Shown one piece after another: positions 35,301 to 44,389 of a stretch of 44,389 nt of DNA (the stretch's first letter is position 1; each line of letters starts with the position of its first letter). The stretch is from positions 1-44,389 of the forward strand of contig JYFJ02003257.1 in the NCBI GenBank assembly GCA_000934665.2. Direction: 5' to 3'. A program made the position numbers and the translations under genes. This stretch comes from Catajapyx aquilonaris (taxonomy: Eukaryota). The notes beneath the pieces are model-generated. The model was not told the origin of the DNA, searched no databases, and saw only the letters and a list, made by a program, of their open reading frames with translations.

Positions 35301-38300
35301 AGGATGATGTTACGGTAATGCGAGCAACTATTAAATTATGCCAGCACACTTATTTATCTGTACACATTAATTTTCAGAAAACCAGCCTTCCAAAGAGGTA
35401 TAGAACTCTGGTATCGACAGTACCACCCCAAGCACAAGATGAGGCTTCCAGTTTATTTGTTCGAGAATGTCTCAATACTTATACAAGTGCATGGCATCTC
35501 ATATTGTATAAGTACAGCAACTATTCAGGGACCTATCTTCAGTTACCAAAGTAAGCCTAGTTACAGATTTGTTTTTATTTTAAGGGTTTACATATCTATT
35601 TACTGATCATTTCTATTTAAATTTTGTTTAAAAAGACCAATGGATGGTATGTCCTGGAAATTGTTTTTCTTTGCAGAATGCCAAAATCCGAAGAGCTTAA
35701 GGAGCAGGTGTATGAAGTGGATGCAGAAGCTGATAACCAGGACGATGTTAGAAAAATTTATATCATCATGGTGTTGCCATGACAGTGTTGTGATTAAGAC
35801 ATGATGCCTTTGTCATTTTACAGGAGCTTCTGTCACCAGGCAATGGCCTTACAAAGAAGGGTTATCTTCTGAAAGGACCAGAAGGAGGAAATGAGAAAAT
35901 TTTTGCTAACAAGTCTTTTAAGAGGCGCTACTGTTATTTGAGGCAAGAAGTTGATGGTGCTTACATTTTGGAGCTGTACAAGGATGAGAAGAAAGGAGAA
36001 GCCAAAGCAACCATTGTAATGGACTTTTGCACAGAAGTCGTAAGGGTGAATATCAAGAACTGACGATAATTTTGCTTGTACTATTAAAATGTGTATTGCT
36101 AAATAATGTAAAATCTTGTGACAGAGCTCTAAACGAGGGAAACTGAGTTTTGAGTTGCGGATGGCTGAAGGTCACAAATCATATGTATTAGCTGCTGAGA
36201 CTGAGGTTGATCTTGTGGATTGGATAGAAAAGCTGACGAGAGTTGTACAGTTGAGTCACTGCCCTGAGGAGAAGAAAAGCAACTCTCTGGAAAGAGGTGA
36301 AGACCTGAATAATCCAGGTGTATTAATGTGAAATCTTATTTTGTCTGTCATTTTATATTCAGGAGCCACACCTCCACCTCCTCTTCCTGCTGGTGCCTAT
36401 GGGACACTTCGAGGACTGGAGCACAGTATGAATCCACAATTGAACAGATATGCACGTGAGACTGATGTTTCAATTGCACAAGCCAGAAAGGAAAGTCGCC
36501 ACAGGATATTTGCCATGTATCCAGACTTGCCAGTGAGTTTTTTTTGCATACTAGCACAATACACTGTGCAAGCCCACAGGGTCACACTTTTAGGGCTCAA
36601 CCAGGGGCTTAACTACCATAAGTGCAGGTTGTGCGACTGCACAAGGGCCCCCAGGCAAAGTGGCCCCCAAATTCTCCAACGAGTTATAGAAAAATTGGAG
36701 GAAACCTACAAATCAATAATATTCCTATAGTGTAGCCCATAGGCCTTTAAGGAAAGTGATGTAATATTTAAATTACTCGTGATATGTGCTGGAAGGATGA
36801 AATGGAGGGAGCTCCGCGTATTGTACCTCTCTGCTGACTTTCTGCACAAGGGCCCCCAAGAATCTTGTTACGCCCCTGCGCTCAGTGTATCACCTCTTGA
36901 AAAATTGGTGGTTCACCCCAGATTCCAAATGATTGCACGTAGTGACATAGTGAATCATGATGTTTTTCTCTCCTTATACTTGTGTGTTTCTTGAGAATCA
37001 TGCAAACGTTAATTTTAGCGAAGTGTTGCCACCACACCAACTTCAGCTTCTGAGTCAGGAGTAGACCCCTACAAAGAGCAGCATGGACGTCGATTTTTAG
37101 TACGCTGCAGCAGTGTAAAATTCCGTTTGCAAGCACCCATGGACAATGGTCAAATGTGCCAGGTAAGATCATATTTGGGGACAAATGTATGGCATCATTC
37201 GAAATATACTATAAATATCTGTACATTCACAATGAGTGAGTTAACTGATTTGTATCAAATGTACTTTAGCTGGAACCTTATGTCACCACAATGGCTCTTT
37301 ATGATGCCAAGCAAGGGAGAAAAATATCTGAAGACTTTCATTTTGATGTGAACCATCCATATATTCGAAACATGCTTCCCAAGCCTGCCAGAAGAAGAGG
37401 GGATGGAAAGGAATCTGGATCGCACTCCAGCCTGCTACCAAAACTTCAAGAAGTCCCCGAGGAGTGGCTGATATATCCTAAGCAGGTGAGAGAACCTATA
37501 TGTGTAAACATGCACCCAAGATTGCCATGTTTCTCTTTATCCAAATAAGGCTGTGTTTAGTGTGACTAGTCCGGATCCTGAGGTGTACCTGGTTGTGCGA
37601 GTAGAGAAGGTGTTACAAGGGGCCATTGCCAGTGCAACAGAACCATATGTGAAGGCAGCATCTGATCCGAAATCTGGACTTCGTGTACAGAAGTTGGTTA
37701 GGAGCTTCTGCCAGAGGTACTGACAAGGCTCAGCAACTGACAGCAGATGAAGAGTATTGAATATTTGTGCATCTTTTCCACAGGCTAGGCAATTATCGGA
37801 TGCCATTTGCATGGACAGCCCGTCCAATTTTCAAGCCTTATAGCATGGAGTTGGACACATCGTCTGACTTTCCAGCCATTTATCGCCAAGAAAGCAACCG
37901 CCTAAATGATGATGACTTGCTCAAAACTCTCTCCGAATTCAGGAAGTAATGCCATTTGATCTTATTCCAAGGAAGGGTGAAATAGTAACAGTTTTGTTTT
38001 TTGAAGGCCTGATCGAATTGGTCGTCTGACTGTGATACCTGGTGTCATCAAGGTGCATTTGGAGAACCTTGAAGATATGCCTACCAGTAAGTTTGTTTTG
38101 TGATTGGAGTGTTATTATTTCATGGAATGAAGATGTGGATATTTTTTAAACATGATCTGCTTCTGTTCTAGATTCTTTAACTCCATCTTTAGTGCCCTTG
38201 CAACCATTTCCTATTCCTCCGACACATGAGCCAACCCTGGAAATACAAGAGTTTTTGTCTGGTACATCAAAAGATGCATACCCATATACAACATACATCA

Positions 38301-41300
38301 ACCATTTATATGTGTATCCACATGTGTTGAAGTATGAAACCCAGCGTATGTTTGCCAGGGCACGAAATATTGCTTGCGTTGTGGAAATGAGAGACTCGGA
38401 TGCTGAAGATTCCCAGCCTCTCAAGGTAACTATGCTGTGACCAATTGCAGCTGGTCTTTTTGATGTTTTTGGGAAGCATTTTATTTTAAAGTTCATTGTT
38501 GTTCCTATGCTTGGGAGGAGCTCAGCCTGATAGAAGTAACTCTGCTTTTCAGTGCATATATGGAGGCCCAGGGGAACCTGTCTTCGTGTCTCAGGCCACA
38601 TGTGCTGTGTCATACCACAACACTTCTCCATCATGGTACAATGAAGTGAAGGTGAATCTTCCAGTTCAGTTGCACAGCCAACACCATTTGCTGTTCACCT
38701 TTTATCACATTTCATGTGAGCCAGGCAAAAAGAGGGAGTCAGTTGGAGTGGAAAGTATTGTTGGATATGCTTGGGTGCCTCTCATGGTGAAAGGAAGGTG
38801 AGAGTTGCGGTATTTTGCTCTGTCAAATACTTCGCTAAAGAAGAAGTGCATTGAAGGGGTAAATACAGACTGCCCGCGCCATTCATCAATGGTAAAAATC
38901 AACAATGAATGATATCTGTGTTTGGTAGATCATGTGTTCTGAGGGGGTACAAGCGCACCTTACGCAGCCTTCATTATAAGGTTCACTGATGTTGCTTGCG
39001 ATGTGATTTTTATCTTCTGTTACTTTTCTGTGAAGGATTCTCTTTGTAACAAAGAAATATTTGGTGGAAGTAATTTTCAGCTTTTAAATGACAAGCTGCA
39101 AACTTATATTCTGTTTTATTTTAGGTTGAATGTTGATGCTCAGTGTGTATCAGTAGCATCACATCTTCCTTCAGGATACCTAGCTGTTGAGTCACTGGGA
39201 TTGGGACGAGGAGTTAGTATTTCTGCCCATTTTTGTGTTTCTGCAGTCATATTGTGTTGTAGCTTTTTTTCTAATTGACAATCGCATTTGCAGTACACTG
39301 GACCTGAGATTCGTTGGGTAGATGGGCAGAAGCAGCTCTTCTCAGTGGCATTTAACTTGGTTTCCACTGTTGCCACAAAGGATCAACATCTTACCAACTT
39401 TTTCGCTCACTCGGAGAGACTTTTAGAAACTAAAGCACCAGTTCCTTCTGTGTCTGAGTCAGAGACTTGTAAGACTCTGAAGGTTAGTAATAAACACAAA
39501 GTTGATATAGGGTAACACGGTCTTGGTCTTTGTAACTAATTACTACCAATGGAACTGAACCTTTTAATAAGCATGTTTAAATTAACAACATTTATATTTC
39601 TTATTATAAGAAGGTGATGCATGAGGTTTTATACTAACGTCTTGTTTCCTTTAGGGCACTTCCCCTGACTCTGCGGATAGTAGCAGAGAGCTTTCCAAGT
39701 ACTTGAAGGTAGAGTGTAGACTTTGTTGTGCAGCATTTCCTATTTTTAAACTTGACTTTTCCTTCCAAAACATTGTAAAATGTTTGTAATGTTGTGTGAG
39801 ACATTGTGATTTCTCTTCTTCATTTCTGGAATATTTTATTTCTAGAAGGAAACACTAAGGGTCTGAGTCTCATGTCAGCCCAATGTACGAGTATCTTTGA
39901 AAACTTAAGTTATTATTTGTATCTCTGGCCTCTTTCTTATTTGGACATATCCTTATTGCTGAGTGTTTTTTTTTGTTTTACCTGCCTGACAGGATTTATC
40001 GTTCGCTTTTTTTGTAGGCTGTTCATCAGCTGTCCAAAAGTGTGAAGGTGGGAATGACTAGCATGATTTCTTACCTAATTCTTGTGGGTTATCTTGGTGA
40101 AAGTCATCGTTCCTATGGCTAATGTTTTCCATTATCTTTGTGGTTCTTACATGTTTTTACAAAGTACTGCATCCTCAGTATATCTCAACAAGAGAGATTT
40201 AATATGTTTGCTTATATGATTTCAATTGATCATAAATTCATTTGGAAGACAAAAATGCATGATGGAAGTGAATCCCTGATTTTTGGTGCATGGGTAGTGT
40301 ATGTTCATAATTTGCAGCAGTGTGACTCCATTTCAGATGACGCAATGGGTGACAAGACATCGGTGAGAATTTTTTTTGGAAAAAATTTTATCGCCACCAT
40401 CACATCTTGTACTCCAACGGAGTAATTAGTTTACAAGATCAAATTTAGTTACTGAGATATTAGCGTGTATTTGAAAGGGCACCAAAATAACATGCAAAGC
40501 AAGGGAAAAAGTGCATATTCTCCAAACTGTTGTTTTGGTACCCTTTGAAATTAATATTAATATCTCAGTAACTTAATTTAATCTTGTAAAACTAATTACT
40601 CCATTTGAGCACAATTGGATGTTGGCTTCACGTATATTTTTTCACAAAAATCGAATACTGTGATTGATGTCCATTGCCTGATCTGAAATGGAATCAGTTT
40701 ATGCTGGAGAGGGCGAAGTTGGGCTGAACTGGGAGCTGCACGGTATCATGATTATTAAAATTTTAATCATCTGACTGCTGCTTTTTATTTTTCCAGGCTC
40801 TTCATGCAGTAGATGTTGCTACTCTTGTCTCCTTCCTTCCAACAATATTGAATCAACTGTTCCGACTGCTTGTGGCTACTGCTAGTGAAGATGTGGCTCT
40901 AAATGTGGTGCGCATTCTCATTCATATTGTTCACTCGGTCCATGATGCAGGACATGGAGACCTCCTGAAGACATACATTAAATATGTGTTTGTGACTCCA
41001 AGTGGTGAATGTGGGAAAGTGAAGGGTACCCATGGAACTGTCCATGAGGAGCTGTGCAAGTCCCTAACCATTCTGCTGAGGCCTGCTAACATGGACTTCC
41101 TGGTCATCAATAAGTTTTTGCATCACTCAGGATTTTTCTTCTCTGTTGTGACCAAGAGTATGGCTCAACATCTACTCAGCTCTGGACGGATAAAGGCAAG
41201 TTGTGTTAGGTTGTAAATGTAGAAAGATGTAACCCAAGATGAAAGTCTCTAACCCCCCTGCAACTCCCTATATAGCCATATGGGGAAGGCTGTGCGCTTA

Positions 41301-42979
41301 GCAAGTCCCCTATCCCCGGATGTCGAGTCCAGCATACCCGGATGTGGAGCCCTGTGCCAAATTGCATTCGGGCGGACGACTTCTGAACCATACTGGACTC
41401 ACCTAAAGCGTCAAATCCCATTCAGTTCCAGTTTGCAGATCCACAGCACCAGCCACCCGAATGAGATTTGGACTTGTCCAAATATCATTCGGGTGGCTGG
41501 TGCGGTGGATCTACAAACTAGGGCTGAATGGGAATTCACAATTTTGTAGGTTAAGAACGGCTCAGAAGTCGTCTGCCCGAATGCAATTTGGCACATGGCT
41601 CCACATCCGGGGATAGGGGACTTGCTAAGCGCATGGGAAAAGAGAGGGAGTTGTGGGGGGCTGGTCTCTATGATGCATTCTGTGTCCAATAATGTTATAA
41701 TAATATTATTGTATATGTTTTCTGAATATACAGTAGTTTGTTATTTCAGTCCATCAGAAATATTCAGTAAAAAAATACTGTATAATGACAGGTTAATATT
41801 CTAATGGTACATAGAGCAACAAATGGAAAGCTGATGTACTGAAACGAAACTGAATTGCGCTGAAGTATGCAGATTGTAAAATAATTTCTGTTCATTTTTC
41901 AGATGCATCGGAATGAACGCTTTCAACCAGACTTTATGTTTAGGATCCAAAACCTGGTTCAGGTTTTATGCCCATACATTATTCAGAAGTACAAAGAGCT
42001 CCCAACTGAGACCCAAGAAGCAAATCACAGCCTAGCTAACTTTATTACTGTAAGTGTGGAAGTGTTCATGTGCAGTACAGATCCCTAATTTAATTATACC
42101 CTTCTAGCGATGCCTAACTTTCATGGATCGTGGGTTTGTCTTCAAGTTAATGAATTTCTTTATGGACAAGTTTAACCCTGGTGACCCACGGATGCTCTTT
42201 GAGCACAAGTTCAACTTTCTCCAAGTTGTTTGTGCTCATGAGCACTTTGTTTCTCTCAACCTGCCTCTAGAGCCAGGACCAAAAGGAAGAGGCTTAAAAG
42301 GCAAGTGTACCTATTAGAAATTGATCAGTGTGGTTCATATGTATAGTACGTTATAGTTTGGCAGCCATTTTCATCAGTAACATTACATCGATGTTTCTCT
42401 TTGTTGTGTTCCCACAGAAGAAGGAGTTGAACTTGTAGGTAAGCGACCGGAATATTGATGTCAACCTTTGAGCCTAACTACTTGTGTGTTTGAGTTTAAA
42501 ATTTTTACCTGTGTAGATGATGCTGACTGCTATGCTTTGTTTCTCTTGGGCATGTTGTGAAAATTTTGGCAGTGCTTGAATTGGATAATCTAATGGGTGG
42601 ATATAAGAGACAATACGAGTTGCCTCCTGCACACTATGTACAGTAGATTACCCATTACCTTGAAAATGTGTTTTAATTTATTGTGTTCTGAATAATTCCT
42701 TGCCAAAATTGAACCACTTCAAGCACCATAACTGCAAATAATGTTTTTTAAAAAATACACGGATACTACTTCATCTGTTATCATTATTGTTTATTTTCAG
42801 ATTTTGGATTTCATTATCGTCTGTCAGAAGAATTTTGCCAGCACCATTTTCTTGTTGGACTACTGCTGCAAGAAGTGAAAACTGCCCTGAATGAAGTGTC
42901 TGACATACGATGGGTGGCCATCCGCACCCTGAGGGATTTACTAGCCAAGCATGAATTTGATGACAGATATCAGAACAAG
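23344..42979 (+). CDS. Ziz: Dedicator of cytokinesis DOCK-D family (zizimin / DOCK9-10-11) Cdc42 GEF, 5' part; the gene continues beyond the window
   Basis: Exons 23344-23442 (MAERKFTKGLSKPGMAAQLRETVSQVVRE), 35198-35314, 35378-35550, 35677-35746, 35824-36045, 36125-36296, 36363-36532, 37019-37162, 37270-37485, 37550-37716, 37784-37945, 38007-38086, 38172-38425, 38553-38797, 39125-39212, 39294-39482, (39655-39708), 40797-41195, 41903-42049, 42108-42300, (42418-42438), 42801-42979; all phases consistent. Contains EPIDYE, a PH domain (KKGYLLKGP..FKRRYCYLRQ..DWIEKL), LGNYRMPFAWTARP, the DHR-1/C2 domain (YINHLYVYP..ARNIAC..HHLLFTFYHISC..VGYAWVPL) and MDRGFVFKL. Confidence 0.95.
27116..27373 (+). 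CDS. Candidate alternative first coding exon of Ziz/DOCK9 (86 codons)
   Basis: ATG at 27116, open to AAG|GTACGG at 27373 in phase 0, compatible with the phase-0 acceptors at 27755 and 35198. GC-rich. Ends ..HLRSCLKASKK. Confidence 0.5.
27755..27832 (+). CDS. Candidate alternative Ziz/DOCK9 exon (78 nt, ITPMGKAPSPRVHFTLPLRRIRKKKG)
   Basis: Acceptor gtcctctgacag at 27754, donor GGG|GTAAGG at 27833; symmetric phase 0. Confidence 0.5.
31506..31863 (+). mobile_element. tRNA-derived SINE
   Basis: Pol III A box TGGCGCTGCGG (about 31518) and B box GGTTCGATCCC (31561). (ATT)n tail at about 31838-31862. Target duplication TCCGTAATATT at 31495-31505 and 31864-31874. Confidence 0.88.
36602..36878. mobile_element. 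hAT-like MITE in a Ziz intron
   Basis: TIRs CAGGGGCTTAAC / GTTACGCCCCTG. Internal direct repeat CTGCACAAGGGCCCCCA near both ends. Degenerate 8-bp flanks GGCTCAAC / CGCTCAGT. Confidence 0.7.
39655..39708 (+). CDS. 54-nt frame-preserving Ziz cassette exon (GTSPDSADSSRELSKYLK)
   Basis: Perfect branch point TACTAAC (39632-38), pyrimidine tract and TAG acceptor; donor AAG|GTAGAG; phase 0-0. Confidence 0.75.
40323..40696. mobile_element. AT-rich foldback element in a Ziz intron
   Basis: TGACTCCATTTCAGAT.. / ..ATCTGAAATGGAATCA. GGAGTAATTAGTTTACAAGATCAAATTTAGTTACTGAGATATTA mirrors TAATATCTCAGTAACTTAATTTAATCTTGTAAAACTAATTACTCC. Confidence 0.75.
41250..41663. mobile_element. Near-perfect palindromic (foldback) element in a Ziz intron
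   Basis: Arms of about 200 bp around centre GGAC-TT-GTCC (41470-79), e.g. GCGCTTAGCAAGTCCCCTATCCCCGGATGT / ACATCCGGGGATAGGGGACTTGCTAAGCGC. Flanked by direct repeat GTCTC(TA) at 41245 and 41664. Confidence 0.88.
42418..42438 (+). CDS. 21-nt Ziz microexon (E-EGVELV)
   Basis: Acceptor ttgttgtgttcccacag and strong donor TAG|GTAAGC; phase 1-1, matching the flanking exons. Confidence 0.7.
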   Translation, partial: KKELNL

Positions 42980-44389
42980 GCAAGTTGTCCTGTTGAAATG
43001 TGTTTGTAATCCTGGCTTTACGGAATGGTATTTTCCAAAAACTTCTTCATAGGTGCTTGCGCTGTGTGTGTGTATTTTTTTAACGTGGGATTAGTCACAG
43101 GATTGAGCTCATTCATTTACGAAGGAACCTGCCAAGCAGGATTGGGCATTTTCAGGACAACTGTCTTGATTGTCACTGGCACTATTAATATTTTGGTACA
43201 CAGGTGCTTTTAATAATGTATACTTAAAAAGTGATTTGAACAGCAAACTGAGGGTGCTGAGCTGAGGTTTATGGTCAGCAGATTGCTGGTTTGTAATTTA
43301 TTGAATTTTTAAATGAGAAAAATCTATAAAATGTGCTGGGAACTTGAGGACGTATCAATTGCATAAATCCAGTGTGCACTGGGCCATATATTAAACCCTT
43401 CATAAATCCCATAAATCTGGTGTACACTGAAATGGTCAGTTATTTCTCTCTTGTAGGAATCTGATATAATTTTTATTGCTATATCTGACTACAGTGGCTA
43501 CGTGATACCCTGCTTTTCATCCCAACGGCACTATGGTCCACCATTGATCACTCCTCCCCAATATGTTTCTCCATCCCTTCTATTCTTACCAACATGGTTT
43601 AGTCAGGTTTAGTAGTGTTGTTAATCCTGCTGCCTTCCATGGGCATTTGAAACCTGAAAATATTGCAAATTTGCACCATGCTGACCCCTATATCTCACGG
43701 TCAGATCAGCATTTTTGTAACACAGACCGTAACATTAGTAAATTTTCTAGTAGACACAATCAAACATCAAACAACATCAGTAACAAAAAATCTTGAGTTA
43801 TAAGCAGAACAGGTGACCTGCAGATTCCTAGTCTTGCTTGGCAGGATACTTGCCGATTTTGTGAGATTGGTATGGTTCCTTAATTCATATATTCATACTA
43901 TTCTTTTAAAAAGTATTATTGAATTGGAAGAACAGAGCATAAATGTTTACAATAAAGGATTCTGCAAATATTTTTGACAAGAAGCACACGACATAGTAAA
44001 CGTCGAGGAAAAGGTATGGCAGAAAAAGTACGCCAAGAAAATCCCGACAGGCTGCCTGAGCAAACAATAAACCACAACCGCTATTCTTACATACAGCGCG
44101 TTTGTACCACCAGCTCGAACCCTGGGCCTGCCCCGAGGCCGCAGTTGCACCGTGCCACCGTGCCTATAGGATAAACATGGAATAAGATACCAGGATAGCA
44201 AGATATGGGACTCTTTGAATATTATGAATAAAACGTGATCATCACCCAATTACACCAGTAGTCTCGTAACCAAGGCAACAGTGTGTAAATTCTAAATAGG
44301 AACAATAAAGTATGCAACCAATGTGAGCGCAAAGCACTGACCAAAGTACAGCCACCACGTAGAAATGTAATGACACTGATGTGCTGGAG

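Noticed and set aside
1..44389. CRISPR array, prokaryotic operon or conserved insect miRNA
   Set aside because: No repeat-spacer array; gene structure is spliceosomal; by-eye comparison with remembered conserved miRNA sequences found no match (not an exhaustive search).
42980..44389. Next Ziz exon or a separate gene at the right end
   Set aside because: No acceptor followed by a DOCK-like frame was found; treated as intron. The short ORFs at 43563 and 43974 have no recognisable similarity.

Overview
Eukaryotic (insect-like) genomic DNA with short introns, not a prokaryotic window; most entries in the ORF track are spurious or are exon fragments. Six spliced genes can be reconstructed by hand. 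(1) The last exon of an ankyrin-repeat/SOCS-box gene (+, to 849). (2) A complete mitochondrial carrier Bmcp/UCP5 (SLC25A14/30-like) gene (+, 11031-14329). (3) EMC5/MMGT1 (-, 21050-14853). (4) A CEP164 orthologue (-, 20316-17096) lying entirely inside EMC5 intron 1 on the SAME strand, with splice signals suggesting it is spliced into the EMC5 transcript as a giant cassette. (5) A CFAP97-domain ciliary gene (+, 21524-22348) head-to-head with EMC5/CEP164 across a short promoter with RFX X-box-like motifs. (6) The 5' part of a zizimin/DOCK9-11 gene (+, from 23344, running off the right end). Other notable observations: 5 of 34 reconstructed coding splice donors are GC rather than GT; a candidate alternative DOCK N-terminus carries PP1-docking motifs; DOCK has two frame-preserving microexons. 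Non-autonomous transposons are common (Helitron end, Tc1/pogo-, PIF/Harbinger- and hAT-type MITEs, foldbacks, a tRNA-SINE), and there is a decayed hammerhead-ribozyme-like motif. All gene models and isoforms are manual inferences without RNA evidence.
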